Origin: an uncultured bacterium
GTDB taxonomy: Bacteria; Patescibacteriota; Minisyncoccia; Phycocordibacterales; UBA9973
Assembly (NCBI GenBank): GCA_903834665.1
Contig: CAILJY010000053.1
Span: 1-38,298, forward strand
Length of the DNA: 38,298 bases
Reading direction: 5' to 3'
Shown: piece after piece, positions 8,400 to 16,697 of the stretch
How the letters are laid out: the number at the start of each line of letters is the position of its first letter
Position numbering within the stretch: position 1 is the stretch's first letter
The notes under the pieces: model-generated
Seen by the model: the letters and a program-made list of their open reading frames with translations, nothing else
Told to the model about the DNA's origin: nothing
Databases searched by the model: none
Program-made: the position numbers and the translations under genes

Positions 8400-9191
8400 A
8401 TGTCACTAAAAATTATTACTCTCAATTGCTTTTACGATCTATTTTCTTTTCATAATATACCCAGGTTGGATACTGCTATTAATGAAATAATAAAATTAAA
8501 TCCAGATATAGTTTGTTTACAAGAGATTATTTCTAAAGGGCAGATAAATATAGTAAAAAACAAACTAACTTCATCCGGCTACCATATTTTTAATGAAGAA
8601 GGCTTTGTGTTTAATAAGGGTGGCTTAGTTTTTGCTTCGAAATTTCCAATTTTAAATAAAGAATTTATTGAATTTAAAAATCAAGGTAAACTTCTCTCTC
8701 TTCAGCTATCCGATAGAATTATAAACAAAGGATATCAAAAAGTAGAAATAGAAATTGATTCTCAAAAAATACAATTTTATAATGTGCATATTGTTTCGCG
8801 ATATAATGGTTCTTCTTTGAAAGAAAAAGTTGAACAAATCCATCAGCTTGATCAACTGGGCGAAGACCTAGAAGCTGATCGTGATAGAAACAAAGTATGT
8901 ATTGGAGATTTCAACACACAATCATCTGGGGATTATTATATGAGATTTATAAACAAAACTTTTTTAATTGATCCTCTTGCTCGCGATTGTATTACTTATT
9001 CTCCAGAAAACACAAATTCAAAACAAAAATTTAGTTTTGATCACAATTCTAGAATTGATTATATTTTATTTTCCCCTAGCATAAAACAAATAGAGACATC
9101 AATAATTTTCAAAAATGAATTTATTATAGAAAACAGAAAACAACATCTATCTGATCACTTTGGAATTCAGTCAGTATTTGAAATTGTATAA
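8400..9191 (+). CDS. endonuclease/exonuclease/phosphatase (EEP) family protein
   Basis: IVCLQEI near the N-terminus, GDFN, and C-terminal SDHFGI are EEP-fold catalytic motifs. Confidence 0.75.
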   Translation: MSLKIITLNCFYDLFSFHNIPRLDTAINEIIKLNPDIVCLQEIISKGQINIVKNKLTSSGYHIFNEEGFVFNKGGLVFASKFPILNKEFIEFKNQGKLLSLQLSDRIINKGYQKVEIEIDSQKIQFYNVHIVSRYNGSSLKEKVEQIHQLDQLGEDLEADRDRNKVCIGDFNTQSSGDYYMRFINKTFLIDPLARDCITYSPENTNSKQKFSFDHNSRIDYILFSPSIKQIETSIIFKNEFIIENRKQHLSDHFGIQSVFEIV

Positions 9192-9301
9192 TTTATTTTT
9201 TCAAACTTTTAGCTCCGAGCCATGCCAATTCAAAAACTTTTTTTTGAGCATCGGCGATTTCTTGGTTATGAATTTAAATTTTTTTGTAGTAAAATTAATC
9301 T

Positions 9302-10258
9302 GTGGAAAATTTTAATCTAGCAAAAATGGAAGACCCCAAAAAAGAATCTATTTTAGGTAAGGAACCTAAGGTTACAAATTTGTCTAAATTTACAGCATTA
9401 CTAAAACCTATTATAAAAGATATCCCTAATGTTAAAACTGCAATTTTATCTAAATTAATAGACAATAGTAAATTTGATAAAACTTTAGCAAATAACCTAT
9501 ATGCCAATCGTATATTAGAAGAAGAACTAATTGCCCCTGATAAATCTTTTTTAGAATTTACTCCTTCTTTGCCTGAGGGAACTAAGATAATTGATGTTTA
9601 TGGTTCTAATTATGTAAATATTGGGGATAAAATGTATTATATCCGAAATTTTAAGGGAGGGTTTGATCTCGTAGACAATACTAGAGATTTTATACCGGAT
9701 AAGTATCTTTCTCCTCGCGAGAACAAGAGAAGAGGTTTTTTCCAAAAAAAATATGGTCTTTCTATCACCACAGAATCAGTTCCTAGAAGAGAATTTTATA
9801 GATACAACGAATCTATTGGTGATTTAGACAATTGGATTATTCATAATGATATGGGGAAAATAAATAAGAATAGATCTAATAAAGATGAAACATGGTGGGT
9901 AAAAGGAGAGCCTTACAAGGCAATGGAAAGGCGCACTTTATTTGATAATCCAGTAGGTAGGCATTTATTTGCAAAGCAATCTGCGCTAGAATCATCAATA
10001 GGAAAGCCATTAGATGAACACAGAGAACTAATCGGAGATATGATAAAAGAAGGAAATGTTCAAAATGGTGGGATAACTGTAACTCATACATCAGAAGCAT
10101 CTTTACCAAACATAGAAGGGTTAAGGTCGTTTACTTATAATCCTATAACAAAATCTATGGAAAGAGGGATTTTCCATAATCCTAATAAACTAAAGGATAA
10201 AGATAAAAAAGAAGATTATAAACATCCTGGTTGGGACTATAATAATCCTGAAAAATAA
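9302..10258 (+). CDS. hypothetical protein
   Basis: 318-aa ORF with a GTG start in the track (alternative ATG at 9326). No recognisable motif. Confidence 0.5.
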   Translation: MENFNLAKMEDPKKESILGKEPKVTNLSKFTALLKPIIKDIPNVKTAILSKLIDNSKFDKTLANNLYANRILEEELIAPDKSFLEFTPSLPEGTKIIDVYGSNYVNIGDKMYYIRNFKGGFDLVDNTRDFIPDKYLSPRENKRRGFFQKKYGLSITTESVPRREFYRYNESIGDLDNWIIHNDMGKINKNRSNKDETWWVKGEPYKAMERRTLFDNPVGRHLFAKQSALESSIGKPLDEHRELIGDMIKEGNVQNGGITVTHTSEASLPNIEGLRSFTYNPITKSMERGIFHNPNKLKDKDKKEDYKHPGWDYNNPEK

Positions 10259-10260
10259 AA

Positions 10261-10284
10261 AATAACCAATTTATGTTGGTTATT
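10261..10284. terminator. bidirectional terminator hairpin
   Basis: AATAACCAA/TTGGTTATT stem between two convergent genes, flanked by A- and T-runs. Confidence 0.7.
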
Positions 10285-10287
10285 TTT

Positions 10288-11901
10288 TTATACCCCGTGC
10301 TTTTTGTGTAATTTGTTTATTTCCTCATCTTCGAGTTTTTCTTTTTTATCTTTCCCTCTATCACCTAGTGTTTTAAGTTCAGCATCACCGAGCATATCGA
10401 GTGATTTTACAAGATCTGATAAGTGCTCTTTGGTATTTTTACTTGGGTCATCTAAAACTTCTTCAAGTAAAGCACTCAAAATCCAACCCATTCGTGGTCC
10501 AGGTGATATGCCTAAAATTTTTATCATATATTCCCCATCAATAGATAGTTGCCCAACAGAGATAGGATCATGTAAAACTTCTTCAATCATTGCGTGATAT
10601 TTTCGTAAACGATATGGAGCTTCTTTCTTTTTCATTCCTACTCTGTCACATTCCCTGACATTCATAAGGTCCCATATATTTTCTTTGCCTACATTAGCGA
10701 CAACTCGACGAACAGCCGACAAGGTGATCATTTCAGTATCAGAAAAGAACATATGTCCACGGACAAGTTTTAAAACCATTTCAGAAGTTTTTTGGGGAAA
10801 TTTTAGACGCTCCATGATAATCTTTGTCATTATTGCCCCTACTACTTCATGCCCGTAGAAGGTATATTTCCCTTTTCCTCCTGCTTTTGTTCCATCCCAG
10901 CGTCTAGTCCGTGGTTTTCCTATATCATGGAATAATGCTGAAAGTCGTATTTCAAGTGGCCAGTCTTTATTCCCTGCATGATCAAGAGCATGAAGTAAAT
11001 GTTCCCAGACATCATAGATGTGTTCCCCTTTTTGTTCGCAACCAATTCCCTCTTCTAATTCAGGAATTATATATTTTAATAAACCAAGTTTTGATAAGAA
11101 ACCTACCCCAACCATCGAATCTTTTGACATGATAATTTTTACAAATTCATCTCGGATTCTTTCCATTGAAATATTTTTTAATAAATGAGAATTATCCACA
11201 ATTGCTTGAATTGTGTCATAAGATAATACAAAACCAAGTTGAGTGGAAAAACGAATAGCTCGAAGCATACGGAGGGCATCTTCTTGAAATCTATCGTTGG
11301 GATCTCCTACCGCTCGAACAATTTTGTCCTTTATGTCCTTTACACCACCAAATAAATCTATAAGTTGTCCTTTAGATTGTTCATTTTCTTGCCTGCCCGC
11401 CAAAGATAATCCATCGGCGGGTCCTTTATGTGGATTATATGCTAGAGCGTTGATGGTTAGATCTCGTCTTTTTAAATCATCTTCTATATTATCACTAAAC
11501 TTAACCTCATCAGGATGCCTAAAATCACTATATTTTGCTTCAATTCTATATGGTGTAACCTCAATAATATGATATTTTGTTACATGTGTAACATCATTAC
11601 TTGTTTCATGTGTAACATTTTCAATGGGAATACCCGCCTGCTCTTGAACTGTCGTGAGAGCGGGCAGGCAAACACCCACTGTCCCGAAGTTATTCTCATA
11701 TATAGTCTTCTCAAATAGTGGAATTATTTCTTCTGGTTTGGCATTTGTTGTAATATCCCAGTCTTTTGGTTCCCTTTCCATAATTAGATCACGAACGCAA
11801 CCTCCAACAAGAAAGACCTCAAAACCAGCTTTTTCGAGGGTTTCAGTTAAACGTGTAACATATGAAGGGACTTTTTTTATTATTTCATTGTTTTTTAGCA
11901 T
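10288..11901 (-). CDS. cca: CCA-adding tRNA nucleotidyltransferase with HD domain
   Basis: GGCVRDL..PKDWDITT, RRDLTINA and LRAIRF are class II nucleotidyltransferase motifs; the HD region is LFHDIGKP. The start is trimmed to MLKNNE (ATG at 11899-11901) because the longer ORF runs into tRNA-Arg. Confidence 0.9.
   Translation of the reverse strand: MLKNNEIIKKVPSYVTRLTETLEKAGFEVFLVGGCVRDLIMEREPKDWDITTNAKPEEIIPLFEKTIYENNFGTVGVCLPALTTVQEQAGIPIENVTHETSNDVTHVTKYHIIEVTPYRIEAKYSDFRHPDEVKFSDNIEDDLKRRDLTINALAYNPHKGPADGLSLAGRQENEQSKGQLIDLFGGVKDIKDKIVRAVGDPNDRFQEDALRMLRAIRFSTQLGFVLSYDTIQAIVDNSHLLKNISMERIRDEFVKIIMSKDSMVGVGFLSKLGLLKYIIPELEEGIGCEQKGEHIYDVWEHLLHALDHAGNKDWPLEIRLSALFHDIGKPRTRRWDGTKAGGKGKYTFYGHEVVGAIMTKIIMERLKFPQKTSEMVLKLVRGHMFFSDTEMITLSAVRRVVANVGKENIWDLMNVRECDRVGMKKKEAPYRLRKYHAMIEEVLHDPISVGQLSIDGEYMIKILGISPGPRMGWILSALLEEVLDDPSKNTKEHLSDLVKSLDMLGDAELKTLGDRGKDKKEKLEDEEINKLHKKHGV
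11392..11424. repeat. GC-rich palindromic element CCTGCC-N18-GGCGGGTCC, in-frame inside cca
   Basis: Same architecture as 6582-6615. It encodes GPADGLSLAGRQ on the minus strand, an apparent insertion relative to the usual CCA-enzyme core. Confidence 0.5.
11574..11625 (+). repeat. 52-bp double-palindrome element, copy 1 (inside the cca CDS)
   Basis: Contains TGTTACATGTGTAACA and TGTTTCATGTGTAACA, 24 bp apart. It matches the reverse complement of 12859-12910 at 44/52 positions by hand alignment. Confidence 0.7.
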
Positions 11902-11910
11902 TATGTTTTG

Positions 11911-11982
11911 TGCCCCTGGAGGGAATCGAACCCCCATCACTGATTCCGAAGATCAGTACTTTATCCATTAAGCTACAAGGGC
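11911..11982 (-). tRNA. tRNA-Arg (anticodon TCG)
   Basis: Cloverleaf read by hand: acceptor GCCCTTG/CAGGGGC, anticodon arm CTGAT-CTTCGGA-ATCAG, T-loop TTCGATT. Confidence 0.9.
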
Positions 11983-12425
11983 TTATTATTTTTAAACCAT
12001 TTAAATTCTACCGCAGTTTTTCTTCTATGGCAATTAGCACATCGAACTTCACATTTTTTAATTTCTTCTTTAATTTTTTCTAGTGGATAGCGGGATTTCA
12101 TTAAGGAGGAAACAGCTTTAAATTTAATGCCTTTATTTTTACTATGATCAAATTCAAGAACCGTTATATCTGATTCCATACAATCAACACAAGGGTTTTT
12201 TAATAAATATTCCTTTATAAAAGAAACCATTTTAGATTTTAACTTTAAATTTCTTTGTCGAGTTTTTTCTAAATAGTAGTTCCTATTTTTTTTATAATGA
12301 TTTCTAATTAATTCTCTAGTACATTCTCTGCACTGATATTGTAGTATTTTTAGAGATTTAACCTTAAAATTAAACTCACCTTCTGTCTTTATTATCTTAC
12401 ATTTTGTGCATTTGCGCATTAGCAT
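11973..12425 (-). CDS. HNH endonuclease-like zinc-finger protein
   Basis: CxxC pairs plus C..DC......LEFDH......EIKKCEVRCANCHRRKT, a typical HNH motif. The 3' end overlaps tRNA-Arg by about 10 nt. Confidence 0.75.
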   Translation of the reverse strand: MLMRKCTKCKIIKTEGEFNFKVKSLKILQYQCRECTRELIRNHYKKNRNYYLEKTRQRNLKLKSKMVSFIKEYLLKNPCVDCMESDITVLEFDHSKNKGIKFKAVSSLMKSRYPLEKIKEEIKKCEVRCANCHRRKTAVEFKWFKNNKPL

Positions 12426-12525
12426 AATTATATCTTATTTGAATTCGAATTACAACATTTATTCGAATTAAAATTGCAAAAATAAATATAAAATAGTATA
12501 CTTAAAAAGCAACATTTTATAGTTT

Positions 12526-12596
12526 GCGGGATTGGTTTAGTGGTAGAACACGTCCTTGCCAAGGATGAGACAGGAGTCCGATTCTCCTATCCCGCA
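12526..12596 (+). tRNA. tRNA-Gly (anticodon GCC)
   Basis: Acceptor GCGGGAT/ATCCCGC, anticodon loop TTGCCAA, T-loop TCCGATT read by hand. Confidence 0.9.
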
Positions 12597-12858
12597 CAAA
12601 AGAAATATAAAAAAATTTGGGAGTAGCCATCTTGAGTTTATTAATGGATTATTGTTTGACCTTTATCAGTCCTTTATCCACTTATAAAAGCTTTAAAAAT
12701 TAAGATTTTTGTGGATAAGTATGTGTGTATTGTTTATAAAAGACATTATTATGATAATACTTTTAGTTAAAAACAAATTGTCTATTTTGTAAAAACCCTT
12801 CTACCGTATAGTTATTTGTTGTTTTTTTGTTATATTAGATTAATTTTTTGTCCATTAT

Positions 12859-12910
12859 ATTGAAATTGTTTCACGTGAAACAATTTTAGCTGTTACACAT
12901 GTAACAAAAT
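12859..12910 (-). repeat. 52-bp double-palindrome element, copy 2 (upstream of yraN)
   Basis: Contains a 24-bp perfect palindrome AAATTGTTTCACGTGAAACAATTT (12863-12886) and TGTTACA-CA-TGTAACA (12891-12906). It is the inverted copy of 11574-11625 and ends 7 nt before the yraN ATG. Confidence 0.7.
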
Positions 12911-12916
12911 GTATAT

Positions 12917-13312
12917 ATGAAGAATTTTACATCAAATTCTCAAAAGATAGGTGAGTTAGGCGAAAGTCTTGCTTGCAATTTTCTTATTAAACATAATTAC
13001 TCTATTTTAGAGAGAAATTATACAAGAAAATGGGGGGAGATTGATATTATTGCAGTTAATAAAGATAAGATATATTTTATTGAAGTTAAGTCAAAAAGTG
13101 TAGGAAGTTTGGATTTTGTTTCTCATGAAACAAATAGACCGGAAGATAATATGCATCCACAGAAATTAAAAAGACTTAGAAGGGTAGTTGAAACGTATTT
13201 GATAAATAAAAGACAGGGAAGTATTGATTGGCAATTTGACCTTTTGGTTGTCTATTTGGATATTGAAAAAAGACTTGCTAGAGTGAAAGTAGTAGATAAT
13301 ATAATTTTGTAA
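12917..13312 (+). CDS. yraN: YraN-family (UPF0102) endonuclease-like protein
   Basis: GELGESLACNFL....Y.ILERNY....GEIDIIA......YFIEVKS is the YraN / restriction-endonuclease-like fold signature. Confidence 0.85.
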   Translation: MKNFTSNSQKIGELGESLACNFLIKHNYSILERNYTRKWGEIDIIAVNKDKIYFIEVKSKSVGSLDFVSHETNRPEDNMHPQKLKRLRRVVETYLINKRQGSIDWQFDLLVVYLDIEKRLARVKVVDNIIL

Positions 13313-13372
13313 AATAGACAGATGGCGTGATTAAGATTATAATTAAAAGATTATTACTCATTGATATAATAT

Positions 13373-15562
13373 ATGTCTTTATCAAAAAAAATAGAGGAAC
13401 TTTCAGAACAAGCTAGATTTAAGAATGAGCAATCCGAGAAAGAAGATAAAGAAAAAGAGCTTGGTCCAGTTCGAGATAAAATTAAAATACTTGAAGATCA
13501 AAAATACCTTTTAGAATTAATAAAAGGCTCTTTAGACTTGAAATCTGGTAATGGTAATGGGATAGGAATGAAAGAGTATTCTGTTGAGTTAAAAAAAGAT
13601 TTTGATAATAAAGAAAATATAATAAAAGCCATAATAAATAATCCTAGTAATAAAGAGGGTCTTAATGGTTTGGGGATTAAGGTGGGAGATGATTTAGAAG
13701 AAAATGAGAATAATTTTAATGAAAATGTGAAGAAGCTTATAGATATATATAAAGAAGATGAAGAAGCAACTGAAGTTAGGGATCTTCTTGATGCTCAAAA
13801 CAAAAAAGATGATTTAATTGATTCTAATAATGCTCTAAAAGAAAAATTAAAATCTACAGGTATTAATATTGATGAAAATAATTTTTCTTATAATTCTGTG
13901 GGAGACTCATTGTCTGGTAAATTAACATCAATTGAAAGTGAAATTTTGGTAGAAAAATTGAAAACTCCAGAGGGGAGAGAAGAAGCGATAGATATGATCG
14001 CTAAAAGTTTGGAGAAAACTTTGCCCAATATGGTTCTCTTGCAAAATACAGCAACAAAAGATTATACTCTTCAAATTGGTTATGCTGAGATATCTGTAAA
14101 TGATAGAAAAGGCTATTCTGGTATATCTCTAAACGAGAAGACAACTAGATTTATAAACTCACGCAACCAAAGATTTCTTCCTGAAAATATTAATGAACTT
14201 GAGATAAAATATGGTAAAGAAGTTATAAAGGAGGCTATAAAAAAAGTTTATTTAAAAGAAGTTGATAAAGATTTTATTTATTTTGATGAAAAAGAAGCGA
14301 ATATTACAAGTCTTTTGGCTGACGTAGAAAGAGCAAATCCAGAAAAAGCTAGACAGGCATTTTTGGTTTTAAGTAATTTTGAAAAAGAAGCTGATATTTT
14401 ACAAAAAGAAGTTGATGAAAAACTTAAGGAATTTAAAGATAAAGATATAATACCAAGAAATGGTTTTCATCAGGCATATGCTATGTTACTTAAATTAACA
14501 CAATATGACAATGATACTGATAGAATAAAAAATATATTGAGGAATCCTTCAAAATTTCCACCAGAATTTGACTGGGATCTTTTAAAACAAAAAATTGAGA
14601 AAAGATTAGAGCAAAATAACAAATTTAAAGAAATATTTTTAGCTATTTCTTCTCAAGAAGAAATGGATCGTTTTACGAATTCAGATAGAAATGGAACACC
14701 AAAAGAAAACTCTCTTTGGGATTTTGATACGAAAATTTGGAGAGAAAAAGATTTTTTTGGAGGAAGAAATAACCAAGAAAATATAAATCCAGAATTTAAT
14801 TTTAAAAATCAAAAAGGTAAAGATAACTTACCCAATACTTTTGATGCAGCCAAGAGGTACTTGATAGAAAAGAAAAATGATTTTGATAAAGTAAAAGAAA
14901 ATGTTGATAAGAAAGTTGATATGGTTATTGATTTTTCTCTAATTAAGAAAAACTTAGAAGTAGAACTTGCTGATCTAAAAATTGACGGGGGTATTTATAA
15001 TTTAGATAGTTCAATAGAACAAGTTAAAAAAGATAAAGAAAAAGCATTATCTTTTATGTTAAAAATTGTGAAACTGGAGTCTGAGTTACCCAAAGAGAAT
15101 TTTGCCTTAAGAGGTCGTTTTATTGATACTGAACTACGAATCAAAAGAAGAGAGGAGTTAAATAATATAATTAAAGAAGAAGAAAATAAATTAAACGTTT
15201 TATCTAAAGAAGTATCAGAACAAAAAACATTAGTATATAAATCTAATTTGTTTAATAAAAGTACAAGAGTTAAAGATCTTTCCAACCTAGAAATAAAGTA
15301 TAGTTCTATCTATAAAAGGATTAAAGAAGAATTAGAACCAGAGAGATATAATTTATCAGCCCCTTATGTTGAAATTAATAAAGAAAAGGAACATTTAATT
15401 GAGAATATTTTGAATTACAGAGAAACAATTGAAGGTACTCCGGATAAAATTTTTATAGATTTAAAAGCTAAACTTACAGAGGTTATAGATAGAAAAATCC
15501 CGGAGTCAATTATAAGGCTTAATAATGAATATAAGGAATTGTTGACCAAGTTAAATAGTTAA
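13373..15562 (+). CDS. large Lys/Glu/Asn-rich hypothetical protein (predicted coiled-coil segments)
   Basis: 729-aa uninterrupted ORF with a low-complexity charged composition. No catalytic motif recognised. Confidence 0.6.
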   Translation: MSLSKKIEELSEQARFKNEQSEKEDKEKELGPVRDKIKILEDQKYLLELIKGSLDLKSGNGNGIGMKEYSVELKKDFDNKENIIKAIINNPSNKEGLNGLGIKVGDDLEENENNFNENVKKLIDIYKEDEEATEVRDLLDAQNKKDDLIDSNNALKEKLKSTGINIDENNFSYNSVGDSLSGKLTSIESEILVEKLKTPEGREEAIDMIAKSLEKTLPNMVLLQNTATKDYTLQIGYAEISVNDRKGYSGISLNEKTTRFINSRNQRFLPENINELEIKYGKEVIKEAIKKVYLKEVDKDFIYFDEKEANITSLLADVERANPEKARQAFLVLSNFEKEADILQKEVDEKLKEFKDKDIIPRNGFHQAYAMLLKLTQYDNDTDRIKNILRNPSKFPPEFDWDLLKQKIEKRLEQNNKFKEIFLAISSQEEMDRFTNSDRNGTPKENSLWDFDTKIWREKDFFGGRNNQENINPEFNFKNQKGKDNLPNTFDAAKRYLIEKKNDFDKVKENVDKKVDMVIDFSLIKKNLEVELADLKIDGGIYNLDSSIEQVKKDKEKALSFMLKIVKLESELPKENFALRGRFIDTELRIKRREELNNIIKEEENKLNVLSKEVSEQKTLVYKSNLFNKSTRVKDLSNLEIKYSSIYKRIKEELEPERYNLSAPYVEINKEKEHLIENILNYRETIEGTPDKIFIDLKAKLTEVIDRKIPESIIRLNNEYKELLTKLNS

Positions 15563-15570
15563 AATTAAAA

Positions 15571-15588
15571 TACCAGCTTAGGCTGGTA
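15571..15588. terminator. intrinsic terminator hairpin
   Basis: TACCAGC-TTAG-GCTGGTA followed by TTTTATGTTTTT. Confidence 0.75.
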
Positions 15589-15600
15589 TTTTATGTTTTT

Positions 15601-15715
15601 GGGGAGGGAGTCGAACTTTACAGGTTCAGTATACCTTTTCCATTCGTGATTACACTCATATGGAAAAGCTTTTCACCTCCCTTACGTTCCGTCCGTAGGG
15701 ACGGAACTATCCCGC
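15601..15715 (-). pseudogene. tRNA-Gly(TCC)-derived degenerate tRNA-like element ('shadow' copy)
   Basis: The minus-strand read starts with the Gly acceptor strand GCGGGAT-AG, then an 8-bp hairpin TTCCGTCC-CTAC-GGACGGAA. It then contains CTTTTCCA (anticodon-loop-like) and ends with TTCGACTCCCT (T-arm-like). The T-stem and the 3' acceptor strand are broken. It shares GAAAAGCTTTT and AAAAGGTATACTG with the element at 16038-16171. Confidence 0.35.
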
Positions 15716-15764
15716 ACATTTTAAAAAACACCCAAATAGGTGTTTTTTAAAATGTGCGGGATAA

Positions 15765-15835
15765 GGGAGTCGAACCCTTCACCACAGTTTGGAAAACTGT
15801 TATTTTACCGATAAACTAATCCCGCAAATATTTAA
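15765..15835 (-). tRNA. tRNA-Gly (anticodon TCC)
   Basis: Acceptor GCGGGAT/ATCCCGC, anticodon arm ACAGT-TTTCCAA-ACTGT, T-arm AAGGG-TTCGACT-CCCTT. Confidence 0.85.
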
Positions 15836-15928
15836 GTAATATACACTATTTATTATATTTATTCAACTAAGTAATTACAGAATGTAATTGTTTTTATTGT
15901 GGAATATGTTAATATAAGAAAATTGCAT

Positions 15929-16001
15929 CGGGGTGTGGTGTAACGGCTAACATTCCTGTTTTGGGAACAGGCGACTCCGGGTTCGAATCCCGGCACCCCG
16001 A
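15929..16001 (+). tRNA. tRNA-Pro (anticodon TGG)
   Basis: Acceptor CGGGGTG/CACCCCG, anticodon arm CCTGT-TTTGGGA-ACAGG, T-arm CCGGG-TTCGAAT-CCCGG. Confidence 0.9.
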
Positions 16002-16006
16002 CAAAT

Positions 16007-16030
16007 AAAAAACTCCGAAAGGAGTTTTTT
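16007..16030 (+). terminator. intrinsic terminator after tRNA-Pro
   Basis: AAAAAACTCC-GAAA-GGAGTTTTTT. Confidence 0.7.
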
Positions 16031-16037
16031 TATTTTA

Positions 16038-16171
16038 GGGGGTGAGTTAGCAAACTTCTTTGCTAATGTCCGGGATTCGAAAAGCTTTTGCTTATTTTTA
16101 AGGAATATATTCCGAAAAAATACAAAAGGTATACTGTCCATGTAATGGAAGAAATTCCCGGCACCCCGACA
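16038..16171 (+). pseudogene. tRNA-Pro-derived tRNA-like element with about 75-nt insertion in the T-loop ('shadow' copy)
   Basis: Order of parts: GGGGGTG-AG, 8-bp hairpin TTAGCAAA-CTTC-TTTGCTAA, CCGGG-ATTCGAA, the insertion, then ATT-CCCGG-CACCCCGACA. The last 17 nt are identical to the tRNA-Pro 3' end. It is followed by its own terminator at 16176-16200. Confidence 0.35.
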
Positions 16172-16260
16172 ATTTAAAAAACTCTCATCAGAGAGTTTTT
16201 CATAATAATTTTTTAGTTTATCTACTTGCAAACCATTTGCATTTATGATAAGCTCTTTAA

Positions 16261-16692
16261 ATGGTCAAAAAAGAAATAGAAAAGAATGATTTTAAAAATT
16301 TATTAAAAAAAGGAGGATTAAAATCTACTCCCATCCGATTAAATATTCTTGAAATCTTCTCAAAAAATAATAAACCGATAAATGCTGATTTTATTTTTAG
16401 TAAATTAAAAGGAATAACAGATGAAGCGACGGTGTATCGGTCATTATCTTCTTTTGAAAAATGTGGAATTTTGAAGAGAATTGATCTTAGGATGAGTTCA
16501 ATATATTTTGAATTAAGTGATATCAATCATCACCACCATATAGTTTGCACAAAATGTGGTGAGATTGAAGATTTTAAAGAAAGTGAAATTATTGAAAGGT
16601 TTTTATTAAAAATAGTTAAAGATTCTAGAAATTTTAAAAATATAACAGAACATTCCTTAGAGCTATTTGGGACTTGCAGGGTCTGTAATTAA
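16261..16692 (+). CDS. Fur-family metal-responsive transcriptional regulator (Zur-like by context)
   Basis: Winged-helix N-terminus (TPIRLNILEIF), then HHHHIVCTKCGEIEDF and a C-terminal CRVC metal site. It sits immediately upstream of a ZIP transporter. Confidence 0.85.
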   Translation: MVKKEIEKNDFKNLLKKGGLKSTPIRLNILEIFSKNNKPINADFIFSKLKGITDEATVYRSLSSFEKCGILKRIDLRMSSIYFELSDINHHHHIVCTKCGEIEDFKESEIIERFLLKIVKDSRNFKNITEHSLELFGTCRVCN

Positions 16693-16697
16693 TTATT

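Noticed and set aside
10304-12083. Multiple + strand ORFs overlapping cca and tRNA-Arg, and the MMGVRFPPGAQNI N-terminal extension of cca.
   Set aside because: They are antisense shadows of cca. The extension and ORFs 11654-11971 and 11862-12083 run through the tRNA-Arg gene. cca has a good internal ATG at 11901.
15601-15715. SRP (4.5S) RNA, tmRNA, or an intron-containing functional tRNA.
   Set aside because: There is no GGAA/GNRA-capped helix-8 motif or AGCAGC-type symmetric loop for SRP. It is far too short for tmRNA. The T-stem (TAAAG versus CCCTC) and the 3' acceptor strand do not pair on the minus strand, so a functional tRNA is unlikely. It is kept as a tRNA-derived element.
15947-16231. 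94-aa minus-strand ORF.
   Set aside because: It overlaps tRNA-Pro, its terminator and the tRNA-like shadow element. No coding features.
16257-16526. 89-aa minus-strand ORF opposite the Fur-family gene.
   Set aside because: It is antisense to a clearly recognisable Fur-family CDS.
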